Source: an uncultured Chloroflexia bacterium (lineage in GTDB: Bacteria > Chloroflexota > Limnocylindria > Limnocylindrales > CSP1-4). Taken from it: a stretch of 64,000 nt of DNA. The translations under genes were made by a program, and so were the position numbers. How positions within the stretch are numbered: position 1 is the stretch's first letter; each line of letters starts with the position of its first letter. Shown piece after piece: positions 31,800 to 41,136 of the stretch. Under the pieces are notes generated by a model that saw only the letters and a program-made list of their open reading frames with translations, did not search any database and was not told the DNA's origin. The DNA lies in contig CAVVJT010000010.1 of assembly GCA_963748625.1 (NCBI GenBank), positions 800,001 to 864,000 on the forward strand, read 5' to 3'.

Positions 31800-34148
31800 C
31801 TAACGGATGACGACGAAGGCGTCGAGGTCCACGCGCGGGTGCCCGTCCGTGCCCGCGACCACGATCTTGATCATGTGCGGGCCGGCCGAGGCCCAGGTCT
31901 TGGTGAACAGCACGCGGCGCGACGTGAGGGTCTTGGCATAGAGGCCGACGCTGCCCACACGGGTCCCGTCGATCCAGATCGCGGCCCTGCCGCGGCCCGG
32001 CCCGGTGGCCGCGACGAAGGCGATGCCCCGCCCGGTGAACGTCCGGCTGACCGATGCCCCCTTCGCCCGGCTGTAGAGCGCGGTGCCGCCTGACCAGATC
32101 GAGCGCTCGGACCGCCGCCAGGTGCCGGACCGCGTGATCGTGCTGCTGGTGTCCTGGACCACGGCCGGGTCAAGCGTTCCGCCGCCGGTCCAAGGGCTCC
32201 AGTTGCCGGCGCGCATCGCGGGCGCGTACCTCGAGCTTGTACGTGTGGCCGGTGGTCACCGTGCGCGACGCCGAGCGTGCCGTGGCGGAGGTGCTCGACG
32301 CGGCGCCCGCGACGCCGTCCACGACCCAGCGGGCCTGGTAGCCCGTGATCCCGCCGACCGCATCCGTCCCGGCCGCCCACGCCTGGCGGATGCCGATCGA
32401 AGACCCGGACAGGCGGCTCGACGTGATCGCGAGGGCGGCGGGCGCAGTGGCGACCGGGACCACGCTGTCGACGTGCACCGTGTACGACCGACGTCCGGAT
32501 GCGACTGGCGTCCGCGACGTCGCTGGCCGTGACCGTCACCTCGTAGTCGCCGCTGGGTGTCTCGGGGGGACGGTGACCGCCATGGTCGTGCTGGTCACCT
32601 CGAGCCCCGTGAGGCTGCCGTGACCGCCAAGGCCACCCCGAGCGGGGCGTCGGCGGCGACCGCGAGGGCGACGGCTCCCGGGAACCCCTCACCCCGGTAC
32701 AGCTTCACGGGCAGGGTCAGGCTGGCCCCTACGCGCCCGACGAGGGCGTCACGCGACCGGTCAGGGGTGGCATCGACCATGAAGTCGTCCACGTCCACGA
32801 TGTGCGAGACGTCCAGCAGGGGCTCGTGGTATGCGTCTGGATCAGTGGTGGTGTCCCAGTCGGAGGTCCCTGCGGCCACCAGCGCGGACTTGACCTGCGC
32901 AGGAGTCGCGGTGGGGCGCGACGCCCGGTACAGCGCGATGGCACCCGTGACATGGGGGGTGGCCATCGAGGTGCCGGAGATCACGCCATACCGGCCATGC
33001 GGCTCGGACGTGGTCGGCGGCAGCGTGGACAGCGTGCACTTGCCCGGGGCGATCAGGTCCACGTCCCGCCCGTAGTTGGAGAAGTCGGCGAAGGTGTCGT
33101 CGTTGTCCCAGCTGTCCCACGAGTAGCACAGGTCACCCCCCAGGCCGCCCGGCTTGCCGTCCATATCAGCCAGCGCGGACACCGTGATGACCTCGTTGTA
33201 GCTCGCCGGACGGAGCTTGCTGGCGTTGAACGAGTTGTTGCCCGCCGCGACCGCAACCGGGATACCGGCGGCGACGACACGGCAGATGGCCTGGTGCATG
33301 ACGTCATTGTTGGTGAGGCCACAGTTGCCATCGTCCGCGCCGGGCTTGGCCACGGACATGTTGACCGCCTCGAACAGCGGCCTCGCAGGGTCCACGGGAT
33401 CCCGCTGCGCGACGATCCAGTCAAGGCCGCAGACGTACCACGACAGGAGCCCGTCGCCCGCGGAGTTGAGGATCCGCACCGCCCAGAGGCGTGCGCCGGG
33501 CGCCACACCCACCACGCCCACGCCGTTGTCGAGCGCGGCGACGGTGCCCGCCACATGGGTGCCGTGGCCGTTGGGATCACCCCACGCCGCGGGGTCGTCG
33601 GTGGAGCAGTTGACGCCCCCTGCGATGTTCAGGTCCTCGTGGGTCCCGTACGTGGCCTTGATGGGGCTTCCAATACCCGTATCGACGATCGCGACATCGG
33701 CATCGACGCGCACATCGTTGCCGTCGATTCCCGCGACGAGGCTCTCGCGGCCGCCGATCCGCTTCACACCCCGGGGCACGCTCTGGCCGGCAATGGTGAT
33801 GACCTCGTCGGGGATGACCTGCTCGACGGCCGGATCCACTCGCAGCTGGGCCACCTGGCCGTTGCTGAGCCTGGCCGCGTAGCCGCGGACGGACCGGAAG
33901 GTCCGGTCAACGGTGATCCCACGCGCCCGGGCCCGGCCCGCCTCGCGACTGGTCGAGGTCCCGTTGTTGAGGATGACGATCCAGCGCCCTTCCGCACTCA
34001 GCGGCCGATCGGTGCCTGCCGCACCCTCCGGGAGCCCCGCGGCACCTGCGTCCCCAGTGCCAGCGGGTGCGGCGGACCTCGCCGATGCAGCAGGCGCCAG
34101 GCCGAGGACGAGGGCAAGTGCGATGGCCAGGGCTGCGGCTCGTCGCAT
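31800..34148 (-). CDS. Secreted S8 subtilisin-like protease with propeptide and C-terminal FN3/beta-sandwich domains; several apparent frameshifts after ~32620
   Basis: Signal peptide, VAIVDTG, GHGTHVAG, AAGN, SGTSMATPH; downstream frames give ITGYQARW, YKLEVRARD, GNWSPW, RVDLDAFVV. Confidence 0.88.
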
Positions 34149-34293
34149 GGTGCCTCCAGGTGCGCGGTGGCGGTCGCGTGCCGGCGGCGCGTGACGCACT
34201 TCGGCGGTCAGGCCACCCCGCGGACCTGGCGAGTATCGCCTATCGACAGGCACCCGCCAACCCCGACCTTCGGGGAAGCCCGTTGCTCGAACG

Positions 34294-35595
34294 TCAGGCG
34301 GCTGCGTCCCGGGCCGCCCGGAGCTCCGCCTCGGCCTCGGTGACGCGGGCAAGGATGCCCGTCCGCATGGCGTCCAGCCCCTCGGTCACAGCCTTGGTCA
34401 CGGTCGTGATGGACGTCAGCTGCGTCTTGAGGTTGCGCACCTGCTCCAACTGCTCGCGGACCCCGTTGAGCGCTTTCGCGATGGCCTGGGCGTCCACGTC
34501 GACGGCGCGCTCCGCGAGCTTCGCGAGGGCCATGATGCGGGCCAGGCGGACGGCAGCCTCCAGGTACGCAGGGTCCGGCGCGTCCGGGTCCACCGCCACG
34601 TGGACATCCTCGCCGATCACCAGGAAGGGGGCGACCCCCTGCGGGGCGTGCTGGGTGCTCCACACCGCGACCGCGACAAGCGCGTCACGATTGCGGCAGG
34701 CCTCGCGCAGCTCCTTGCGCATGTCCGGCCCGGACATGTGGCGGTCCTTCGCCTCGAGCACCACGCGGACGTCCGCGCCGTGGGTGGAGCGGGGGTCCAG
34801 CGTGATGACGAAGTCGCCCTTCTTCGAGTTGGCGACCGCGCCATGCTCGGTCCCGGTCCGCTCCACCATGTCGCTGCTGCCGCGGACGATGTCCCCGAGC
34901 AGGCGGTGGAGCAGCCCCTCGAAGTCCCCGCCCTTGGCGGTGCCCTTCGCGCGCTCGCCGGCTCGAGCGGAGCTGGCCGCCTCGAGTGCGACGAGCTTCT
35001 CGTTCAGCACCTTGAACCCGTCCGCCACCTCCTGGCGGAACTGGTGGAGCGGCGAGCCGAGGCGCGTGGGGTCCAGGAGTACCGCGAGCCTGGACTGGTC
35101 GCCATCGAAGTAGCGGCCGAGGAGCGTGCCGATGCGCCCGATCGCCGAGTCCCGCTTCGTCTCGTCGAACAGGTCCTTGACGAAGACCTGGAGCGCGCCC
35201 TTGTCACCCAGGAACTTCTCCAGCGTGCGTGGCAGGCGGCCGTCGCCGTCCCCGAAGTTCAGACGCAGCAGCGTCTCCACCTCGCGCGCGGCATCCTCGT
35301 TGGCCTGCGCGGTCTGGGTGACCAGCTTCTCAAACTCGCGCCGGACGACGTCCACGTCCATCGAGGTGGCTGCGTCCTGGAGCGCCAGCAGGCCGATGCG
35401 CAGGGCACGCTCGACGACCGCGGGGCGGTCTGCCTCGTCACGCTCGGCGAGGGAGGCCGCGAGCGCGCCGTCTCGCAGGACAAGCCGCTCGACCACGATC
35501 CGATCGCCATCGATGCGCACAGTGGCGCCGATGCCGGCAGGCGTGAGGCTGACCGGGGGGACGTGGGTGGTGAGCGGGAGGATGCGGGCTTCCAT
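34294..35595 (-). CDS. Coiled-coil protein with PD-(D/E)xK nuclease-like domain (DUF2130/RmuC-like)
   Basis: KGGDFE, KGDFV, VVLEAK flanked by predicted coiled coils. Confidence 0.6.
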   Translation of the reverse strand: MEARILPLTTHVPPVSLTPAGIGATVRIDGDRIVVERLVLRDGALAASLAERDEADRPAVVERALRIGLLALQDAATSMDVDVVRREFEKLVTQTAQANEDAAREVETLLRLNFGDGDGRLPRTLEKFLGDKGALQVFVKDLFDETKRDSAIGRIGTLLGRYFDGDQSRLAVLLDPTRLGSPLHQFRQEVADGFKVLNEKLVALEAASSARAGERAKGTAKGGDFEGLLHRLLGDIVRGSSDMVERTGTEHGAVANSKKGDFVITLDPRSTHGADVRVVLEAKDRHMSGPDMRKELREACRNRDALVAVAVWSTQHAPQGVAPFLVIGEDVHVAVDPDAPDPAYLEAAVRLARIMALAKLAERAVDVDAQAIAKALNGVREQLEQVRNLKTQLTSITTVTKAVTEGLDAMRTGILARVTEAEAELRAARDAAA

Positions 35596-35620
35596 AGCGC
35601 AACCATGGGCCCCGGTTGTG

Positions 35621-36223
35621 TCAGCTGTGTGTCACAGCCTCACGCGAGCCCGCGCTGCGACCGGCGACTGCCCGTCCAGCGGGCTGGCGGACAGACCCGT
35701 CAGGCTCCATGGCCGGCGTCTGGCGGGCGGCCCGCGACGGCGGTGCCAGCTCCTCGCCGATCTCGGCCGCCCAGGCCCGCACCCGCGCGATGTCCACGGG
35801 ACCCAGCCGCTCGACGAGATCCGCGCCGGCGTCCACCGCCCTCGGCCCGAACACGGCCCAGCCGCGTGCGCCAACGTCCGTGGCGACCGATGCGACGCTG
35901 CAGTCATCGGATCCGCCGTCATGGGTCCCGCCGGCACAGCGCCGACGGCCGATCGGGCCTGCGCAGAACAGCCAGACCTTGCGCGTCGTGAGGTCGTTCG
36001 TATGGCGCGCGAGGAAGCCGCCGCCATCCGCGTGCCGGCTGGGCACGTACATGCCGCTGCCCAGGATGACGGCCGCGTACGGCGTGACATCGGTGACATC
36101 GCGGGCGGCGCGCGCCTCGACCTCCAGGCCGTAGCGGCGCAGGACGCCGCCGATGGCTTCGGCGATGCTCGCCGTCGACCCCGCCTGGCTGGCGAAGGCG
36201 ATGAGGACGCGGTCTGCAGCCAA
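35621..36223 (-). CDS. Flavodoxin domain protein (HemG-like)
   Basis: VLIAFASQAGSTASIAEAI, YAAVILGSGMY, VWLFCAGP; TTG start after AAGGGAG. Confidence 0.75.
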   Translation of the reverse strand: MAADRVLIAFASQAGSTASIAEAIGGVLRRYGLEVEARAARDVTDVTPYAAVILGSGMYVPSRHADGGGFLARHTNDLTTRKVWLFCAGPIGRRRCAGGTHDGGSDDCSVASVATDVGARGWAVFGPRAVDAGADLVERLGPVDIARVRAWAAEIGEELAPPSRAARQTPAMEPDGSVRQPAGRAVAGRSAGSREAVTHS

Positions 36224-36712
36224 CGTGGACTCCCTTGCGGTGTGACGGGATCGTCGGCTGTCACGGTGGCGATCGGGAGGGTCCAACCGCCCCCAATCAC
36301 AGGTGCCCTGCACCACAACGATCCGGGCACCTCGGCTCGGGCCACCCGGCACGGCCGAACGGCCCCCAACCGGATGTCCGGCCTGTCCACCCGGGCGGGC
36401 TCGGCCCCGGCCGTCGCACCCCGGTCCCTGGGGTCCGGCGCCCGACCCTCGCGCCCGATGCCGGATCTCATCCGCACAAGGATGGTTTGGCGGACCTATC
36501 CCCGCAGGGATCGAATCGAGGCGGTTCGTGCAGGGCTCGGGGTCCGGACCCGGGGTTCGGTGCGCGACCCCTGCACGGCCTGGACGGATCTCAGCACGGG
36601 GAATGTTGGCCGATTCGATCCGCAGAGGAATGAAGCGGGCGAGCGAGCCGGGGGCGGGCCTGACGGGAGCCTGGGCCCCCCGCGTCGCGCGGGCGGGTCT
36701 CGGCCCTGGGGC

Positions 36713-38122
36713 TCAGGCGGGCGGCAGCATCCGTCCGGGGTTCAGCAGGTCCCGGGGATCGAGTGCCACCTTGATCGCACGCATCACCGCGACGGCGTCC
36801 GCGCCGCGCTGCGGGACCAGCCATTCCCGCCTCGCCGCCCCGATCCCGTGCTCCCCGGTCACCGTCCCGCCCAGCGCCAGCGCCGCCTCGTAGAGCTCCC
36901 GGCGCGCGGCCTCGAGCCGGACCACGGCCGCATCACCCTCGTCCCGATCGAGCAGGAAGGTGGGGTGCAGGTTGCCGTCGCCCGCATGGCCGAAGGTCCC
37001 GATCGCGATCGCGTTGCGCTCGGCGATGCCCTCGATCTCGCGCAGCAGCGCCGGGATGCGGCTCCGCGGGACCCCGACATCCTCCATCCGGGCCACGGCG
37101 ACGTGCTCGAGCGCGCGATACGCCAGCCGGCGGCCCGCGCGGAGCCAGTCGGCCTCCTGCGCGCCGCGCGCAAGGACCACCTGCGTCGCTCCCGCCGCTT
37201 CGCATACCGGTACCGCGGCCTCCATCTCCGTCGCCGCGCCGGCGCCGGGCAGGTCGGATTCGACCATCAGCATGGCTGCCGCATCGCGATCGAGGCCCAG
37301 CTGGTGGACGTCGTCCACGGCCCGGATCGTGGTGCGATCCATCAGCTCGAGCGTCACGGGTGAAAGGCCGGCCGCCGCGATCCCGGCCACCGCGGCACCC
37401 GCCGCGTCGAGGGTCGGGAAGAAGGCGATCAGCGTGGAGCGCGGCGGTGGCGCCGGCCGGAGACGCAGGATCGCCTCGGTGACCAGGCCGAGGGTCCCCT
37501 CGCTGCCGACGAGCAGCGGGATCAGCCCATACCCGGCCACGTCCTTCACGTTCCTGCCGCCGAGGCGCAGCACCGTCGCATCGGCCATGACCACCTCGAG
37601 GCCGAGGACCGCGTCGCGGGTGACCCCGTACTTGAGGCAGCACAGGCCACCGGCGTTGGTGCCCAGGTTCCCGCCGATCGTGCAGGTCTCGAACGAGGCC
37701 GGGTCGGGGGCGTAGAAGAGGCCTCGGGCCGCCACGGCCGCCTTGAGGTCGGCGTTCACCACGCCCGGCTGGGTGGTCACCGTGAGGTCGACCTCGTCGA
37801 TGTCGAGCACCCGGTCCATGCGCGTGAAGGCGATGGTGAGGGCGCCCTCGATCCCGGCCGCAGCGCCGGACAGGCCCGTGCCTGCGCCGCGGGCCACGAT
37901 CGGCACATCGTGCAGGCCGCACAGCCGGACCAGCGCCGCCACCTCGGCCGTTGTCTCCGGCAGGGCAACCGCGACCGGCAAGCCGGTCGGCAGGTACGCC
38001 GTCTCATCGCGCCGGTACGACTCCCGGTCGAGCGCGTCCGTGAGCAGGCGCACGTCGGGCAGCTCCGCCCGGATCGCCCGCACCAGACCGTCGCCGTCGC
38101 CCCTGGCCACGTCCGCCTCCAT
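36713..38122 (-). CDS. FAD-linked oxidase, GlcD/D-2-hydroxyacid dehydrogenase family
   Basis: RGAGTGLSG, YAPDPAS, TIGGN, GSEGTLG, GHAGDGNLH, GEHGIG, LNPG. Confidence 0.92.
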   Translation of the reverse strand: MEADVARGDGDGLVRAIRAELPDVRLLTDALDRESYRRDETAYLPTGLPVAVALPETTAEVAALVRLCGLHDVPIVARGAGTGLSGAAAGIEGALTIAFTRMDRVLDIDEVDLTVTTQPGVVNADLKAAVAARGLFYAPDPASFETCTIGGNLGTNAGGLCCLKYGVTRDAVLGLEVVMADATVLRLGGRNVKDVAGYGLIPLLVGSEGTLGLVTEAILRLRPAPPPRSTLIAFFPTLDAAGAAVAGIAAAGLSPVTLELMDRTTIRAVDDVHQLGLDRDAAAMLMVESDLPGAGAATEMEAAVPVCEAAGATQVVLARGAQEADWLRAGRRLAYRALEHVAVARMEDVGVPRSRIPALLREIEGIAERNAIAIGTFGHAGDGNLHPTFLLDRDEGDAAVVRLEAARRELYEAALALGGTVTGEHGIGAARREWLVPQRGADAVAVMRAIKVALDPRDLLNPGRMLPPA

Positions 38123-38174
38123 GCTCACGCTGGGATGTCGCGGAGTATGGCGTATGCCGGAGTACGATCGGGGA

Positions 38175-39566
38175 ATGTCGGGCGTCGGGCGCACCCTGTT
38201 CCGTGCCGCGGTCGCCACCGTGCTCGCGGTGGCCGTGCTGCTGCCGGGCTTCGCGGTGCCTGGTGCGCAGGCAGCGGGCCCCGTCGCGCAGGCAGCGGGC
38301 CCCGTCGCGCAGGCAGCGACGTCGGCGATCGTGCCCGGCACGGTCAACCGCTCCTCGATCCGGATGCTGGCGACCTACGCGGTCTCGGTGCGGATCGGCT
38401 GGGCCGCGCGAACCGTACGCGGCAACGTGGTGATCACCGCCCGGAACGATGCCGGAGTGGGCGTCGATCGCGTGCGGCTCAACACCGTGATGGGGCCGCT
38501 CGGCGGGCTGCGCCTGGGCGACGTGACCGTGGACGGGACCATCCGGGCCGCCATCCTGGTCGACCAGACCATCACGGTCCCGCTGGGCGGCGTCCTCCCG
38601 GCCGGTGCGACGACCGTCATCCGCGTCCCGTTCCGGGCGACCATGCGCGCCACGACCGGCGGCTCATCGTGGCTGTTCACCCGCGCCAACGGCGTGGCGA
38701 ACCTCTATCGCTGGGTGCCCTGGATCAGCCGGTCGACGCCCTTCACCCGAGCCAATCATGGGGACCCCTTTGTCACCCCGTCCAGCCCCCTGGTCACGCT
38801 CCGCGTCACGACCGACGTGCCCCTGGCGGTGACCGCCAACGGGATCCGAACGAGCCGGACGGCCGACGGCCTCGTCACCACGTGGGAGGCGAACAACGTG
38901 CGTGACCTCGTGCTCAACGCGTCGCGCGGAGCCGACCGCCGTTCCGCGGTGGTCAACAGGACCAGCATCCGCGTGGTCACCAGGCCCGGCGGTCCATCGG
39001 CGGCCCTGCTGCGCGCCGCAACGCGCGCCCTGCCGCTGCTGGAAGCCCGCCTGGGGCCCGCCCCGTGGCCGGTGCTGCGCGTGGTGGAGTCGGCCGGCGG
39101 TTTCGCCATGGAGGGTCCGGGCGTGGTCTGGATCCCGGCCGGCACCGAGGCGTGGCGGTACGAGTACCTCGTCACCCACGAGCTGGCACACCAGTGGTTC
39201 TTCGGCATGGTCGGCAGCGACCAGGCGCGCCAGCCGTTCGCCGATGAGGCGATGGCGGACATGGTCACGCGCTACGTCCTGGGCAGCCGGCGCGGCTCGA
39301 CCTGTGCCCGATCGACCCTCGACCGCACCATCTACCGCTACTCCGAGGCGTGCTACTACGAGGTCGTGTACATCCAGGGCGGGAACCTCCTCGACGACGC
39401 GCGCAAGGCGATGGGCACCAGGGTCTACTTCAGCGCCGTTCGCAGGTACCTCGCCGACAACCGGTGGGGCCTCGCAGGCACTCGGGCACTACTGGACACC
39501 CTCGATGCCGCCACGCCCCTGGACATGGCCGCGCGCTGGCGTGCACGCTTCCCGACGTTGTACTGA
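38175..39566 (+). CDS. Secreted M1-family zinc aminopeptidase-like protein
   Basis: Signal peptide, FAMEGP, THELAHQWF, downstream DEAMA, VYIQG. Confidence 0.8.
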   Translation: MSGVGRTLFRAAVATVLAVAVLLPGFAVPGAQAAGPVAQAAGPVAQAATSAIVPGTVNRSSIRMLATYAVSVRIGWAARTVRGNVVITARNDAGVGVDRVRLNTVMGPLGGLRLGDVTVDGTIRAAILVDQTITVPLGGVLPAGATTVIRVPFRATMRATTGGSSWLFTRANGVANLYRWVPWISRSTPFTRANHGDPFVTPSSPLVTLRVTTDVPLAVTANGIRTSRTADGLVTTWEANNVRDLVLNASRGADRRSAVVNRTSIRVVTRPGGPSAALLRAATRALPLLEARLGPAPWPVLRVVESAGGFAMEGPGVVWIPAGTEAWRYEYLVTHELAHQWFFGMVGSDQARQPFADEAMADMVTRYVLGSRRGSTCARSTLDRTIYRYSEACYYEVVYIQGGNLLDDARKAMGTRVYFSAVRRYLADNRWGLAGTRALLDTLDAATPLDMAARWRARFPTLY

Positions 39567-39576
39567 TGAGGTGCTG

Positions 39577-40161
39577 ATGCGCGCCGCGATCCTCCTGCGC
39601 CTCGCGACGCCGGCCGACGGGGCAGCCGTGGCCGCGATCTATGCCCCGTACGTGACGGACGCGGTGATCTCGTTCGAGGCAGAGCCGCCCGATGCCGCGG
39701 AGATGGCCACACGAATCGAGCGGACGATCGCGCGCACGCCGTGGGTGGTGGCCGAGGTGGACGGCGTCGTGCGCGCCTACGCCTACGGGTCACGCCACCG
39801 CGAGCGCGCCGCCTACGACTGGACCGTGGAGACGACGGTCTACGTGGACCGGGCCCACACGGGCGAGGGCCTTGGGCGGGCGACGATGGAGGCGGTGCTC
39901 CGGATCCTGCGCCTGCAGGGCGCGCACCTCGTGGTGGCGGGCGTCACCCCGCCGAACCCGGCCTCCGTCGGGCTCCACCTCTCGCTTGGCTTCGAGCGTG
40001 TCGGGGTGTTCGAGGCGATCGGCTACAAGTTCGGAGCGTGGCACGGCGTCGAATGGTTCGCGATGGAGCTGGGACCGCGCCCGAACGTGCCGGCGCCACT
40101 GGTGCCCTTGCCCGAGCTGCTGGGGAGCGAGGCTCTCGCGGCCGCGCTCAGGGGTGCCTGA
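39577..40161 (+). CDS. GNAT N-acetyltransferase (phosphinothricin/MddA-like)
   Basis: IYAPYV..ISFE, RERAAYDWTVETTVYV, NPASVGLH, GYKFGAWH. Confidence 0.9.
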   Translation: MRAAILLRLATPADGAAVAAIYAPYVTDAVISFEAEPPDAAEMATRIERTIARTPWVVAEVDGVVRAYAYGSRHRERAAYDWTVETTVYVDRAHTGEGLGRATMEAVLRILRLQGAHLVVAGVTPPNPASVGLHLSLGFERVGVFEAIGYKFGAWHGVEWFAMELGPRPNVPAPLVPLPELLGSEALAAALRGA

Positions 40162-40311
40162 GTCCTGGAGGTCGCCCCCATGGACATCGGCGTGGCAGCC
40201 TACTCCCGCGAGGATAGGAATGGCCGATCATCCCCGTGGGGATGAATGTCTCCGCGCAGGAATGAAATCGGCTGCCGCTACCGGCACATGAGCAGCGGCA
40301 GGAGAACGGAT

Positions 40312-40956
40312 CTAGCGGTCGGACGGGCGCCGGCCGACCACGCCCCAGGCCACCGGGAACGCGACCGCGGCCGCGACCAGCTTGACGGCATCCACGATGA
40401 GGAACGGCACCAGGCCCACCGCGATCGCCTGCCCGAGGTCCATCCCGGTGGTGAACGCGAGCCACGGCACGCCGAGCGCGTAGATCACGGCCGTGCCCGC
40501 CAAGTTCATCCCGAGCGAGCCGCCGATGTGGCGGTCCCAGCCCAGCTCCGCGAGGCGGCCGACGACCAGCGCCGCGACGACAAAGCCGACGAGGTATCCA
40601 CCAGTGGCACCCCAGATGACCTCGAGGCCGCCCCTGCCCTCGGCGAAGAACGGCAGGCCGACGAGGCCCAGGGCGACGTAGAGCGCGGCGGCGAGCCCGC
40701 CCCGGCGCAGGCCGAGCGCTCCGCCCACGATGAGGATCCCGAACGTCTGGAGGGTGTACGGCACGGGATTGCCCGGCACCGCGAATGCGATCTTGCTGGT
40801 GAGGAAGATGAACATCACGCCCGCGGCGACCAGCAGGGCGTTGCGGAGCCGCGGCGAGGTGTGCTCACCCACCCGCACCGGGACGAGAAAGTCGGCGATG
40901 GTGATGCCCTTCTCGGCCGCCGGGATGCGGGTCAGCGACGGGATCGCGTAGCTCAT
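40312..40956 (-). CDS. bioY: Biotin transporter BioY
   Basis: PVPYTLQT, GLPFFA, TGGYLVGF, PFLIVDAVK. Confidence 0.92.
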   Translation of the reverse strand: MSYAIPSLTRIPAAEKGITIADFLVPVRVGEHTSPRLRNALLVAAGVMFIFLTSKIAFAVPGNPVPYTLQTFGILIVGGALGLRRGGLAAALYVALGLVGLPFFAEGRGGLEVIWGATGGYLVGFVVAALVVGRLAELGWDRHIGGSLGMNLAGTAVIYALGVPWLAFTTGMDLGQAIAVGLVPFLIVDAVKLVAAAVAFPVAWGVVGRRPSDR

Positions 40957-41054
40957 TGGCTCCCTCTGGGCCGCGCCTGACGGCGAGGTGTTGCGCGGAG
41001 TCTAGCAACCGGGCCGGTGGGCCACCAGCCGGGGTGGGTCGCACGCGGGAAGGC

Positions 41055-41136
41055 CACGCTGCCGGGAGCGGCGGTCACTCGGCCAGGACGGCGGTCACGC
41101 TGCCGGGAGCGGTGGTCACTCGGCCAGGACGGCGGT
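41055..41136. repeat. 41-bp tandem duplication spanning the stop codon of the ABC permease
   Basis: cacgctgccgggagcgg(c/t)ggtcactcggccaggacggcggt twice. Confidence 0.85.

Noticed and set aside
36460-40275. atcccc..ggggatgaa hairpins resembling type I-E CRISPR repeats
   Set aside because: Degenerate, irregularly spaced and without repeat-spacer periodicity.
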